This document shows positions 13,441 through 26,800 of a DNA stretch of 64,000 nt, one piece after another; position 1 is the first letter of the stretch, and each line of letters starts with the position of its first letter. A model generated the notes under the pieces. The model worked only from the letters and a program-made list of their open reading frames with translations, was not told where the DNA came from and searched no databases. Position numbers and translations under genes: made by a program. The stretch is from Camelus ferus (lineage: Eukaryota). Location: contig NC_045696.1 of assembly GCF_009834535.1 (NCBI RefSeq), forward strand, positions 86,430,001 to 86,494,000. Reading direction: 5' to 3'.

Positions 13441-14799
13441 AGATTATCATGAAAGTTAGGTTCTTGCTTTTTATTTATTTTCTACTGTTTTTATAAGGAA
13501 GAATAAGTAATTATATCAACTTATTGGTTGGTAGACTAAGGTGTTTTTTTCCCCCCCAAATGGTTGTTAAAAACAATTTAAATTTTGTAGCAAGCACAGA
13601 AAGGAAAACAAATATACATAATGTCTGGCGAAATAGGTCTCAAGACTTAGAGATTCTTAATAAAAATTATTTTAAATTAACTGGCTAATTTCATCTCTGT
13701 GCTATTTTCCTTACAGAAAGGACTGTGTAACTTTTAAATTCCCCTTGATCCTTTTGCTTCTAAAAATACCAGAATTTCAGGTATCCTGCAATGCTAACAT
13801 ATATTTATTGAGTTAATAAATGAAGTAGAGAGATGGTCATCCATTATTTTGGAAAACTAATTTCATTTTCTGTAATGTTTTACAATATGGAACTTGGACA
13901 GAAAGTGTTTTGGTGGGAAATTAATGTTCCTTTTTTCTGGGGTAGAGACAGAATTTCAAATAAAAATTGCAGATATTTACACAGATCAATCATTTTCTCC
14001 TAAGATAAAACAATAACCTTCCAAAGCAAATCACAGTTTATATTTATTCATTAGGGGATATCCAAGGATCATGGGGTTGGGAGAGGATATTGAAAACTTT
14101 CTTGAACACCCCCTAGTGGTACAGTAAGTTAGTTTCTGGAATCTGTACAAAAAGTTGAATTAATTACCACTGGGATACACATTAGTGATTTAGTGTGAAT
14201 TCCCATCCTGCTTTCTGTTTTAAATAACTTTCAAGTGCAAAGTATATCTTTTATCAGGTTGCATATGAAGAAATCAATGTATTTTTCAAGGGAAATCTGA
14301 AAATAATTTCATATTCAAGTCTGTTCAATTTTTCACCTATAACAAAGTATATTCTAATTTATTTCAATCTAGAGTAAATAAAAATCACATTAATAAGGAA
14401 TAAGTTTCTACAAAATTTATCTGTCAATATATCGGCACTAAATTATTTCTACCCCAAGATTTTTATGTTCATAATGATTAAGAGTGTTGGAAAACACTTA
14501 CAGAAACATCTTAGAGGCAGAAATCTAACTGGAAAATATGACACCTTTCTACATAAGTAACTGATGCCAAGACAAGACAGATTTTGTAGTAATAAGCAAA
14601 ATAGAAGGACAGCAATTCTTACTCATTATTTAGGCTTAGGTAAAACAGGCAAAACTATATAGCATAGACCTGTATTTTGAAGATTTTTCTAATCTATTTG
14701 TCAGTCATCTTTTCTCTACTCATATTATTTCAGATTGCAGGTCTGATTGTAGTTTGCTGCACACATTCCAAATCTGTTGTATTTTTATGAACTTTGATC

Positions 14800-15925
14800 T
14801 GCATGGTAGGCATCAGCAGACAAGAGAGAACATTTAAAAAGCACAAGAAATCTACTAATATACTCAAAGAAAAGTCAAAACTCATAAGGAAAAGTCTTTT
14901 AAAATTAAAATATCATTGTCAAAGGAAAAACAAAACTGGATGATGTATTTCAAAATATAGGATTAAAAAATGGAGAAGGAAGATAGGAAGAAATAAGTCA
15001 AAAAGAGTAAATACAGTATGTTCAACATCTAATTAGTGGGTATCCAAAACGAAATTTAGAGGGAGATTACTAATGAAATAAACATTTTGAGAACATATAG
15101 AGGAAAACTACTGTGGGTATAATAACAGAAAAAAAAAATCTAGTATTTCAAGAGTAGAAAGAAGAACCAAATGTTCACATTAAAACAGCTCTCTAAGGGC
15201 TAATGTAATAAATGTAAAAACAGCCCATATGTCTAGAAACATAATTGTGAATTTTCCTAACACTAAGAATAAAGAGATGACCCTAGAATTCTTCAAGAGA
15301 AAAAAGAAAAGTCATCTACAGAAACTGGTTAACAGATATAGTTTAAAAAATCATCTAAAGACTCAAGCATAAAGAAAAATAAAGAAACCTAGAGATAGTA
15401 GTCAAAAAGAACTGGTCTAATTCTCAAGCAGGACATTATTTGGCAGGAGTAGAAAGTCAGCTGACCAAATGGCATAGGAAGTCAGAGCCCTCTGTAGGAC
15501 AGTGGGGGGACAGGCCAGTCATATTCAGAGGAAACTGAATTATCCTGTATCAAAATATAAAAAGAATGCAAAAACGAATGTAAAAACAAGAAAAATGTGA
15601 TGTTGAGTTTTCATGTTGTTAATTACGAGTTGAAAGCCTATTTTAATGACAGATATGAGGATCGGAAAGGGATTTTTTGGTGAAGTCAGTCATCCAGAAA
15701 AAGAAAGTTAATACATAATTCTTAAGCAAATTAATTCAGAAAGAGGTAACAGAAAATTTGTTTGCAGTTGCAGAGATAAACAGAATAAGAAATAATTAGA
15801 AAAGTTAATAAAGTGCTTACTTCTAGGAATGAGGAGTGAAGCATGGGGAAAAGGGAGGTTTCATATTTTTCTTTATACCCTTCTAAACCATGACGTTTTA
15901 CCATGTGCACATATTGCTTTTATAA
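14800..15925 (+). mobile_element. Old L1ME fragments (ORF1 region and 3' end)
   Basis: ORF1-like 'tcaacatctaattagtgggtatccaaaa'. L1ME3-like end 'gtgcttacttctagga...ttttaccatgtgcacatattgcttttataa'. Confidence 0.6.
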
Positions 15926-15927
15926 TA

Positions 15928-16020
15928 GATTTATTCAAATATATTTATTGAATCTTACTATTTGCAAAATAACAATATCTGTGAAGGATAAAGTAGCAAA
16001 AACAAAATAGACAACATTCC
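15928..16020 (-). mobile_element. LINE-2 3' end
   Basis: 'atttattcaaatatatttattgaatcttactatttgc'. Confidence 0.6.
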
Positions 16021-17361
16021 TGTGTGTGTGCGTGTGTTTGTGTGCTTAAAATATCATGTTGAGAAATGTGTGTAAATTTTAAAAACCTTAGAGTTTTCTG
16101 ACTTCAAAATTAGTATTTATTGCATTAAGTAAAACAAACAATGGACCCAAGGCAACAGAGCCTCTTGCCTTGCACAGTTCCACTAGTCTCCACTGATATT
16201 ATATGTGAGTGGGGGCCCTTGGAGTGAAGGACACAAACTCACATGAAGAAGGGAAGACAGTCCTTCACATAAAAAAGCTTCATGAACTGCAGACTTAGGT
16301 ACAAGGTTGGCTGATGTTATTTTTCTCTTTAGAGCCTGAAACGCTTCTGAGAAGAGCTATATGAATCAGAAGTCTGCACACCCCCCTGCTGTTTATGTGT
16401 TCCTGGGGAAGGGTTTATTCATTTTGTCCCTAGGTAGGCAGGTGTTTTAAGGTGAGAATGTGGTTCACAGAAAGAAATGAAATTATAGAGTAATATTCTT
16501 CACTTTATCAAGAGACTAGAGTGAGAAGGATTACTGCAGGTTCTATAGAAAATGTTGCAGTCAACTTTCTTCTCCACTGACAGTAGGAGGATTGAACCTC
16601 TCTGTATTTAACTTAAATTTAATAGTTTACATTTGATAACGTCAAAATCTAGAAACCATGCCTAGTCGGTTACATCTCTGTCACCAGTTGAAGAGGGTCT
16701 AAGGGAAGTTACTTCCTCTGGAAAATTCAAGAAGGTGTGCCACTAATCTTAATGTGGAAAATGGGGTAGATTTTAAGTGGTGTATAGCATTTTCAGAATG
16801 CTATAAAAGTAAAGATCAGCACATGTTTTCTTAAATAGAATCTGGCTAAATAGCAGAGTAATGAAAGCTGTGTCATATGCTGTAATTCACATTCCATTGA
16901 GTTTTCTAATTAGTGAAAGATAAAGACCTCCAGTTAGGTTTCTTTAAAAGCAGGTCTGACAGGAACCTTTGAACATTTAAAATCTTAACGATGTATGGAT
17001 AAAGGTTCAAAGTATTGTGTTTTTAATAGGAAAGATGTATCTTCATTTTAAGCAAACATGAAATAAGCTTTGGATACCCTTGATATCCAGCTGATTTTCC
17101 AATGTGTTCTCAAGTCAACTGGAAACGCAGGCTTTCTGAATCACACTGAGTTAATGTAGAAATGATTTCCTAAAACACCACAGTGAGTAAGAGTCCAGAC
17201 TTAATATAGTCCTCCAGTAAAAAGTCCAAAAAAAATACTGAAACAAAAGAGAAGTTGTCTCACATTCCTCTAAAACTTAAAGTATTCTGAGAAAAAGTAG
17301 AAAATGAAGTCAAAATGGATATCTGCCTTATCTTTTATTTCTTATATTAGCATGTGACTAA

Positions 17362-17870
17362 TGTCAACTGAAATAAATTCACATAACGTGTGAGTTGTGG
17401 GTTAAGTTTTATTTGGGTCAAAAGAGGATTATAGCATGGGAGATAGCATCTCAGATAGCTCTGAGGAACTGCTCCCAAGTGGCAGGGTGAACTCAGTATT
17501 GTATATATGATTTTAGTAAAGAGGGGTACGTGCAGTCAAGCTCACATTTAGGCAGAGGCTTGCTGCTAGTCACAAGGAGCAGATGTCACCATTAATGATT
17601 TTAGTGCCTTTCTAGTTATGAGGACATGCAAGAATTTGGGCTTATAAAATCTTCTCCTGAAAATATCTAACTATCGGAAAGCTTGTTCAGCCAGTTTTCC
17701 CAGAGCACAAAGCACCTCGTTCCTTATCTCCACCCTAAACTCCTTTCAGGTCATGTTGGAGGTCAGCAGCTGCAGCGGCTCATGATTTAATCCAAGCAGA
17801 GGTAGATGGCCCATGCCAATGTGATCCAGTCCTTATAAAGGCAGATGGCAAGGGCCATTGTTAGTTGGCA
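17362..17870 (-). mobile_element. ERV1-class solo LTR (509 bp)
   Basis: TG...CA ends with a terminal inverted repeat (tgtcaac/gttggca). Exact 4-bp TSD CTAA (17358-17361, 17871-17874). AATAAA and TATA-like motifs on the minus strand. Confidence 0.92.
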
Positions 17871-19140
17871 CTAATATGGAAGTAGATATAGCTTCACATT
17901 TTATTTACAAAATTATAGAATTTCATTTCTGTCCACTTCATCTGCAGAAAAGAATATGATCTGCAGCATAGTTCTCTTTTTTATGTTTGCCGCATTCCCT
18001 TAACATCTGTAACTTTTCTTTCTGAAGTGTTTGGAAAAAGAAGTAATGATGATTAACATGGCGCAGGCAAGAAGAATGTGCTCCCCTTACGACTGTTCTA
18101 TGCAGTTCCTGTAAATTGGAGTAACAAATGACATCCTCCTTTAGCTGGATCTGAGATAATCAGACAGCATCTGCCTTCTGTTCTCTATCTCCATTTGTAG
18201 AAAGGAAATACAAAGTTTAAAATTATTCATCTTTTGAAGTGCTAACTTCTTCCATTCCCTTCACATCTCCTCTGCTTCAGTGTTTGAGGTATCTTATCTT
18301 GATCCCTCAATACTACCAAATCTAACCCCATTCTGTGACATTTCAGAAGGAAAAAATGCTTTTTAATATTTTTATTCTTTAAAAGCCCAAGCCAACTTTT
18401 TTTTTTTTTTTTTTTGGCTTAGGAAAAATTGTTCTCAGCTATGAAACTGATACTCTTAAAAAAAAAAAACCTAACTGATCCTCCTGTACATTTCTAAATT
18501 AATTAATTCCTCTGTTTCAATCCAGGCAATGCTTTGCTGCCCTGAAAGCATGGTTGCTGTAACTCATTCTAGATTATTTTCATCATCTAGTATTTTGAAC
18601 CCACCTGGAAATCTATGGCTTTCCCTTTGTTTAGGTCAATTGTCCTCATCAGGGTGTAGGAGGAGGTGGCAGAGGTTGCTCTGTGAGATACATCATAAAT
18701 TTTGAATCTTTACCTATTCTCTGTAACTGATGTATTATTAAAGTGTGGTTCTGGTTATTTAGGAGGTAAATAACCTTTGTTGTTTGCAAAGCTAATCAGT
18801 TAGATGAGGTGATATTTGACGTCCTCAGGCTCTAAATATCTATAACTTAAAGTCATTTTGAGTAGCAATTATCTGACCTACTCCAAGACCTCTATTATGT
18901 ACTAATTGTTTAAGTCAAGCCCCACAACAGCATTAATCTTTGAACACAAAGATATTCATTCCCCATTGAAAAGCTCAACTCATCTGGTGAGATTTCAATT
19001 CATTTCCAGTGTTTCAGAGAAAGTAAAGGTTCCATCATAAACAAAACTTGAAATATATCATATTACATTCAAATGTCTTGATTTCTTCCCTGTTGTTCAG
19101 TTGCTTTACACATATTTTATATCACCTATTTAACAAATAA

Positions 19141-19411
19141 CTGTGGGGAGTTTGAGATTTGCAAATGTTAGCCACTATATATACTAGATTTAAAAAAGTT
19201 TCTTCTGTAAAGCATAGGGAACTATATTCAGTATCTTATAATAACCTTTAATAAAAAGAACATGAAAACGAATATATGTATGTATATGCATGACTGGGAC
19301 ATTGTGCTGTACACCAGAAATTGACACATTGTAACTGACTGTATGTCAATAAAAACAAAAAAGGAAAAAAACAAAAAACAAAACAAAACAAAAAAAAAAC
19401 CCCAAAAACAA
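19141..19411 (+). mobile_element. Young 5'-truncated cetartiodactyl/camelid L1 (3' UTR plus A-tail)
   Basis: 'gggagtttgagatttgca...agcatagggaactatattcagtatctt...acaccagaaattgacacattgtaactgact...caataaaaa' followed by a patterned A-tail. Confidence 0.9.
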
Positions 19412-19504
19412 TTTTGGAGACTCTTACAGAAGTAGAATATAATTAAAGTTTCAAGAAAGTTTACAGTTTAGAAGGTTGAGTTAAATACAGACATAATTGA
19501 AGTA

Positions 19505-20137
19505 CATATTAGTTTTATATTTCTGTGTCATAGATTACCACAAACTTAGTGGCTTAAAACAACAAAAATTTATTATCTCACAGCTTTCATTGGTCAGAAC
19601 CCTACATATGAGTTAGCTGGGGCCTCTGTTCAGGGTTTTACCAGTCTAAATGCAAGGTGTCAGCTAGGGCTGCAGTCTCATGGGAGGATCAGTGTCCTAT
19701 TCCAAACTCATTGGTTACTGTCAGGATTCAGTTCCTGGTGATTATAAGCCAGAGATTCTTTCTTTCTTGCTAGTTGGCACCAAGGAGCAACTTACTAAAG
19801 GCTCTCCACCATTCCTTACGTGTTCTTCTCCAAGGCTGCATGCTTAGTAGCATTTCCCATGATTTAAATCTCCTCCTTAAGAAAGGGTCCAATCTTTTTT
19901 AAAGGTTCACTTTATTGGGTCAGGTCCACTTAGATTAATTTTTTGACTAACTCAAAGTCTACTGATTACATCTGGACAATCCCTTCCCTAACTAAGGGAG
20001 TTTAATCATAGGAGTGATACTCCATCATAGCCAGTGGTCTAGCTTACAGTCAAGAGCAGGGGAATTATCCAGGGCAGGTACACTGTGCATGGAGGAAGGT
20101 AGGATCTTGGGGTCATTTTAGGATTCTGCCTACCGTA
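19505..20137 (-). mobile_element. MaLR LTR (MLT1E-like)
   Basis: 'attaccacaaacttagtggcttaaaacaacaaaaatttattatctcacag...caaggtgtcagctagggctgc...ttaggattctgcctacc'. Confidence 0.9.
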
Positions 20138-20149
20138 AGTGCAAACTGG

Positions 20150-21650
20150 AACAAAATAAATGTCTAAATAAGATACAAAGTAGATTTATGGGACTTGAAA
20201 TTTTGCATACTACCTATATACATTGATGAAGAAATGTGAATGAGAAATGGTGAAGCAAGTCTCAAAGCACATATTTTTCCCAGGTGGTAGATAGTGCCAA
20301 AGGAAGAAAAAAGGTATTTCAATAGATAGCAAGACATCCACTGTAGTGAAATATGCAAATACAGGGACTATTCCTGTAGCCCGATTTGACCAATAAAGCT
20401 AATAAAGCTTAATAGGAAAGATTTAGGTCATTCAATGAAAGTCCGTAAACACTGCTTTTTTCAATAGGCAGTGAGAAAATTTTGAGTGTTTAAGAGAGTT
20501 GAACTGTCTCCACCTTGCCCTTTCAGATACACTCTCTGCTCTTCACTCTAGAAAGCCCATCTAGATGGTGGAACCACATTCTTGAGATTCCTTGCCTTTG
20601 GGCTTCCTGTTGGGTTTGCCTAGTCAGAAGCAGTGGCAGGACATCTATGGGATGAAAGGAGAGTTAAGTGGATTATATCCTAAATTTTCTTCATGTGAAG
20701 CTGGCTACCTCCTTTATGACAGGTGGCCTCTACCTAGCCCTTTGTATCTCTGGGTTCCAGTTATCACTTTCTTCTCTCATCACATCAGGTACAATAATGG
20801 GAAGAATACTGGTATGCAAACCCCTGGGTACGGTATTATCCTTGCGTTCTCTCTTTACTCATCCAGCACCTTTTTAAAATCTCTTTATTAAACTCTCTTC
20901 AAACTACCAAATTTGAATGTACCATCTGTTTGCTGCTGTGACTTGCCTGAAATTGGAACTGACGTAAACAAAATTTTTGTGGGAAGATTAATATGACAAT
21001 GATGAAGAGATGCTGTAGAGAGGGAAGAGACTAAACACATTAGCACAGATAAGAGTCACAATGAAGGCACGAACTAGGTAGTGAGCATGAATATATAGGG
21101 CAGATGATAACAAGAAATAACGCAGAGGTAGAATACGTAGTAGGTAGCACATAACTAAATGTAGGGGATAAAGAAAAAGAGTATTAAAGGTAGTTCAAGG
21201 ATATAACTTGGTAACTAAGTGAATTGCTGTTCCATTAGTAGAAATATCAATGACTGAAGGAGAAATTAATTTAGTGGCAAGTTTGTTTCTGAACTAGTAT
21301 AAATAAACATGGTGGACATTCAAATAGAGAAAACAAGTAGGTGGTTAGAAAGGTAGATTTGACATTTCAAAGGGCAGCTGAAGCTATAATTATGGACTCA
21401 AGAATTATATAAAAGATGTTATAGCTGAATTCATAAGAATTATTATGTCTTGAGAAAAATCAAAGGGCAAAGAATGTACATACAGGGACAAAAACTTAAG
21501 GCACCTCTTCATAGAAAACTGAGGACAATTTTCAGAGAAAGACAGGGAAGTGTCTCTTCTTTTTCTCTTCAGAGAGAGAGACAGAAAAGTATCAGATTAA
21601 AAAAAATGTTCAAAGTTAAAAAAAAATAGAGAAGAATTTTTTAAGAAGCA
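20150..21650 (-). mobile_element. LINE-2, interrupted by LTR33
   Basis: Antisense L2 motifs on both sides of 20505-20952, e.g. 'gcagaggtagaat' and 'ggacattcaaatagaga'. Confidence 0.65.
20505..20952 (+). mobile_element. ERVL LTR (LTR33-like)
   Basis: 'ccttgcctttgggcttcctgttgggtttgcc' and the 3' end 'tttattaaactctcttcaaactaccaaatttgaatgtaccatctgtttgctgc'. Confidence 0.8.
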
Positions 21651-21659
21651 GAAAGTGGT

Positions 21660-22275
21660 TGGATTAGTGGCTACCTGGCACCATCAATTCATAGGTACTC
21701 TGTCATCTATTTTACTAAGTGATAATGTCATCCTGACCCAAGCTGTTTGGACCATGGGTACACATCTCATCCAAAGATAATAAATTCAGAGTCTGGTTGG
21801 TGGTCCATGAGTGTACACTTGCAGGACACAATATATTTGGCCAAAGAAAGTCTTGTTTTTAATAATTTATATCGAGAAAACCAGGCGGACTGAGTAAGTA
21901 GAAGTTGCAGCTAATAGTGCCTGAGATATAGTAACATTGTAATGACTATCATGGGTCATGTGACAAAATTAAGAGGCAACAGTAGCAAATAACAAGAGCA
22001 ATAAAAGGCAGCCAACTGGCAGAGGAAGAGACATGGCAAAAATAGGAATCACATCAACAATATTGGTTGTAGATCAATGATTCACTATTAAGGCTAAGAG
22101 AACTGCATTAGATTCAAGAACCACCTTCCATTACACCACATCTGTTTGAGGCTTGGCCCAGTTAAAATTTCTGTTCTAGATTTCACTTAGTTCTCTACAC
22201 ATACCCACTATAAAACTGCCCGTATTTGTGCTAGCTTGAGGGTCTACCTGTCTATCTGTTCTAGCAACTAAATAG
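21660..22275 (+). mobile_element. Very old MaLR/ERVL-type LTR (MLT1-like)
   Basis: 3' end 'ataaaactgccc...gctagcttgag...tctgttctagcaactaaa' resembles the MLT1 U5 region. Confidence 0.45.
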
Positions 22276-22299
22276 GCAAAAAAAAAAAAAAAGAATTTT

Positions 22300-22420
22300 T
22301 AAACTCTTTCTCTCTCTCATATAGATAGATGATAGGCAGTTATAGATAGCTATACAATTATATACATGATAATTATATATGTATATAGATATATAAATAA
22401 TAATATGTATATATACATGT
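22300..22420. repeat. Low-complexity (CT)n/(TAGA)n/(TA)n tract
   Basis: Directly visible. Confidence 0.8.
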
Positions 22421-23254
22421 GAAACCACTAGCAGTGGAAATCAAGAAAATAACTATCAGAAGGACAATGACAATGGTAGGAATTGCGGGGACACTACTTA
22501 GGTGAACTAAGCTTTTGCTCACTCTAGGATGGCAAATTAGCAGTTCATGACTGGTGAAATTATTAATAAAGCTCTCCCATGCAAAGCAAGAGTATTGAGA
22601 GGTATGGAAGGAAATATACCAAAAATGATAACTACTATAAAAATCTAATAGCCCCTAGAAATAAAACTGAACCATCTTTAGCCCCTGCTTCCCAAATGCC
22701 ATGTTTTGTGCCATCTGACTGCCACCTCACCCTTTAACCAGTAAGGTATGTATAACTGACCAAGAACAGCTACCCATTTGCTGATTAACAGCTAGTAAGT
22801 GCCTTCCTCGAAAAGATTAACTGGCCAATCAGATGATCACTACCAGAAACTGACATTAGGAATCAGAGAATCTGATCTAATCAATGATTAGAAACTGAAT
22901 TTGAAATATGAAGTGTAATTGGAACCAGAGAGGACATGATAGATCTTGTTTACTATAAAGTATATGATGAAGCTCTTCAGTGGCAGAAAAGCACACTTGC
23001 AACAAGATAGAAATAGACTGTAGTTATTAGCAATGTAATCTTAAAGATACGCAAAATCCTTCTTGTTGGAGTCCTTAAAACTACTCTGAAAACAGTATAA
23101 TCTTTAAGCTCTAGGTTCAAAGAACTTTAGCATCATTGTAATGCCTATATTTGGATTTGTTGACAAAATTTGTTGACAGATATCTAGCCATATTCTCCTC
23201 TTACAACTCAATGAGACAAACAAACAAACAAAAAAAGATGGTTTCTAGTGCAAA

Positions 23255-23640
23255 CAGTAAAAGAGTTTGAGGAAGATAAAGAGATTGAAGTGTATGTTGT
23301 ATTTGGGAAAAAGGAACTCATTAGTGACCTCTGAGAGAGCAATTTCAGTAGAGAGATAGGGAAAAAGAATCAATTGTAAGAGATAAGACTGAAGGCATAA
23401 ATGGGTAATAAGAGATCAGAGAAAATGGCTTTACAGCAATATAAATGAAGAAAGCTTTTGAGGAAAAGGAAAGAGGTCAGGTCAAGGAATAATGGGGCAC
23501 AGCTGGATCAAGAAAAAGGTCCTTTCTGTTGTATTGCTTTGTCTTGAAGTATTGAAGAAACCACATAATATTTTTAAGCAGCAGAGTAAGGTCTGTAGAG
23601 AGGATTACTAAAATGTAAACTTCTAGATAAGTGAGATGTT
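23255..23640 (-). mobile_element. LINE-2 fragment (continuation of 20150-21650)
   Basis: 'tcattagtgacctctgagagagcaatttcagtagag'. Confidence 0.7.
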
Positions 23641-24475
23641 TTTTATTGTTCAAATATTTTCTAACAATTATAAAATTAAATAACATATTTACATCATCTG
23701 CCCTCCAGCTCTTTAAAAAAATTCTATTAAAGGTTCTCCTAAAAGGATAAATATCCTGAATAATCACCTGGTTCAACTTCCCATTTGGATTAATAAAATC
23801 ATTCAGTGACTCACTGCCTAAATCAAATGACTGAACTGTATAAGGTTTGGAGTCCTGATCAGTCAACTAATATTTTGGTATTTTTGCTTTCCCATTACTT
23901 CTGTGCCCAAAGGACTAAATAAACTATCTTTCTATAATTTCTAATTGTACCTCAAACATAAATGTGAGGCTATATAGCAGTTTAAGAGGAAAGGCATCAA
24001 GACAGCTGTTAATATCAGAGTGGGTTATTTGTACATTGTCTACAGTGGACAGCAGATCTGAATACATATTCTAAAGAAATTATAATCTATGTTCTATATA
24101 CATTCAATGACTTTTACTTACATGACTATTTGGGAGAAGATTGATATACATTTAAATGCAGTAATTTTTAATACTAAAATAAAAACAAAAAACCTCAAAC
24201 ACTAGAATGGGTCCAATGACTGTGAAGCATCATGGGTCTTGCCTAAAGGTGGGAGCAGACTAGGGAAGGGTAGACAGAGGTCACAGTAACAGGTTAGAGA
24301 TTTTACACTGGAGTTATTTATTCAGCTAAATTCAGGCCTGGAAAGGGGGATCATCAGTGGTGATACGCTACAAAAAATGCCATGGAAGTTTCTACATTAC
24401 AAATAAATTGATAAAAATGTGATACAGAGAAATATCAGACTCTATATATAATATATGTAATATGAACCTTAATAG

Positions 24476-24933
24476 TGTGAACGGAAAATACTGCAAACCA
24501 TATCAGTAAACAAAGAATGCTGAAGCCATCAAGTCATCAGCAGCTGCTGCCACCCCCCAGTGAAGACAAGCCTGCAGCCCAGCCTCTGCAGCCACTCACA
24601 ATGGTGCACCCGGAGGGGACTCAGAATAAGAAAGGACAGGATACTGGCCCTAGATGGCTAGGTGCTTGTCAAAGGAATGAATTCAATGATCCCAAACGTT
24701 TGCTTCCTCCCACACAGAGAAAAGCACTAAATTCTTTAACTTGAGATGCCTGGTTTTCTTTAGTTAACAAGTAATTTTTTTTGTTCCAACTACCTGGTCT
24801 TTGTTGTAAAGCTCCTATATATCCTAGCTCCTTCCCTACCTCTTTGGAGCAGTCCCTCAGAGGCATCTCGAGTCCTCCCACCAAATAAAACATAACTCTC
24901 AACTTTTAGGCTGCGCTTTTATTTCAGTCAACA
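24476..24933 (+). mobile_element. ERV1-class solo LTR, copy A (458 bp)
   Basis: TGTGAA...TCAACA ends. TSD ATAG/ATAA (one mismatch). TATATA at 24816 and AATAAA at 24884. ~96% identical to 31783-32240. Confidence 0.95.
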
Positions 24934-25519
24934 ATAACCGCTAATATTCAATTCTGAGACTGAAATGAATGAATTAGGCTACTACAAAGACAGATTGAAT
25001 GTCATGTTCATGTAACATGTTGAATGTGGTAGCAACAAATTTGAAATTTTCAAATGTCTAGATGCAACTGAAATATGTAGAAATACTTAGTCAAAAATAA
25101 TTTTGACAAGTATATTTATATATATTAATTATTGCTTTAAAGCTCATTCATTTACCCAATAGCTATTTTAAATCAGGTATTTTGCAAAGCACTGGAAACT
25201 CAAAAATGAACATCGATCTCTGTTTTCAAAATGTTCCTAGATAACTGAAATTTTTAGAAGTCACATCCCACCACATTATCAGAAACTGGAAATTTAAATT
25301 TTAAATTTAATTTTGAATTTTGAATTTAAGAACTTTGAATTTAAATTCATTAAAGCATCTTTACTTATAAGTACCAAATACATTTATATCATGATATATA
25401 TGAAAACATATCCAACACATAGAAATAATATGGTCTTCATCTCTAAAATGGTTTAAGTATCTATTTACTCTATCAATAAAAATTATGCCTGAGTAATTTT
25501 TCATTTTAAATTGTATTTT

Positions 25520-25662
25520 AAAAATTTTGTTCAGCTTTATTGAGAAATGATCAGCATATAACTTAGTGCAAGATGTACAAAGTGTTGATTTGATGATACA
25601 CTCATATCTTGCAATATGATTACCACCATAGCCTTAAGTTAGCTAACACCTCCATCACATAT
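25520..25662 (-). mobile_element. L1MA-type 3' end fragment
   Basis: 'cagctttattgaga...gatgtacaaagtgttgatttga...atgattaccacc...agctaacacctccatcac'. Confidence 0.8.
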
Positions 25663-25780
25663 AATTTTAAATTTTAAATGGTTTTACCCTTATGCCCTTA
25701 TCTCTCATTACTCTTATTACAAACATATATTATATAATAAAAACAAACTTGAATAATTTTCCAAATTCTATTTTTAACAA

Positions 25781-25931
25781 TTTTTTAAATTTGTTTTTGT
25801 TTTTTGGGGGGGTTAGTTAGGTTTATTTACTTATTATTGTTATTTTTTATTTAATAGATGTACTAGGGATCGAACACATGACCTTGTGCATGCTAGGCTT
25901 GTGCTCTACCACTGAGCTATACCCTCCCCCC
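25781..25931 (-). mobile_element. tRNA-derived camelid SINE (Vic-1 type)
   Basis: Reverse complement 'ggggagggtatagctcagtggtagagc...gttcgatccctagtacatc...aataaacctaactaacccccc' plus A-tail, with Pol III A and B boxes. TSD atttttaacaa (25770-25780, 25932-25942). Confidence 0.92.
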
Positions 25932-26624
25932 ATTTTTAACAAGTTTAAATGCATGTGTAATCCTTGCTATCCTCTGGAGTATGGAGGGCTTCCAAATTAC
26001 ATAGAGACTGGTAGATGGACAGATATAGAATATCAAATTTAGTAGACTTAAAAGAGTCCACTTTAACGTTTTACATGAAATTTCTTATGAGTTAAAAATT
26101 TGGATGAAAAAAGTGACCAGTCTAGTAAAATTTTTGATTTTTTAAAAATTTTATGCAATTCAGATTGTAGGAAGGAAAAGGAGATTAAAAACAAACTATA
26201 CCACTTTAATTCATCTATATTGAGTTTGCATGACGACTTGACCCATTTCTGTATCTCTGTGTTTGTGTGTGTCATGTATGTTAAACAATAAAACTGTAAA
26301 AGTGCTTTTTTTTTTTTAATGCTCTTGTTCAGACTGATTGAATCTCAGTATCTTAGCACAAAGCAGAATAATAAAGGAGGTCAGATTGGCTGATTTTTGG
26401 CATAGTTCTTCCCCTTTCTCTCTGGTTCTACCATTTAAATACTTCCTTCTTTAACTGCATACAATGCTTTCCTAATGTATAATTTGTTACATCATAGAGG
26501 AAAACCAGCTAAGAAACATATTCACAATAAGATAATAGGCGTTATTATACTATTTATTACAGGAATATTTGCATTGTAACGAGAGTATTATCATGCTTGT
26601 TAAACATTTGCTTCTAAATTCAAA

Positions 26625-26800
26625 GGGAAATGGATTCAAATCCTGGCTCTCTTAGGCACTATGAGCAATTCAGGTAAACCTATAAAATTCAATTTCCTAC
26701 TAAATAGAAATAATGTTCACAACATATAGTTGATGTAATGATAAAAATGGGAAAATATATGTAAAGGACTTAGCACAGTCTCTGGCAAACAATATATATT
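26625..26800 (+). mobile_element. MIR SINE
   Basis: 'ggattcaaatcctggctct...atgtaaaggacttagcacagtctctggca'. Confidence 0.8.

Noticed and set aside
23477..23866. 129-aa minus-strand ORF (longest in the track)
   Set aside because: Non-ATG start, composition typical of AT-rich noncoding DNA, partial L2 overlap and no recognisable domain.
24669..24902. Duplicated 77-aa ORF (also 31976-32209) as a paralogous gene pair
   Set aside because: These are antisense readings of the two LTR copies. The similarity simply reflects LTR identity.
25840..25931. tRNA gene
   Set aside because: The tRNA-like head has a SINE tail and TSD and lacks an intact cloverleaf. The same applies to ~57085-57161.
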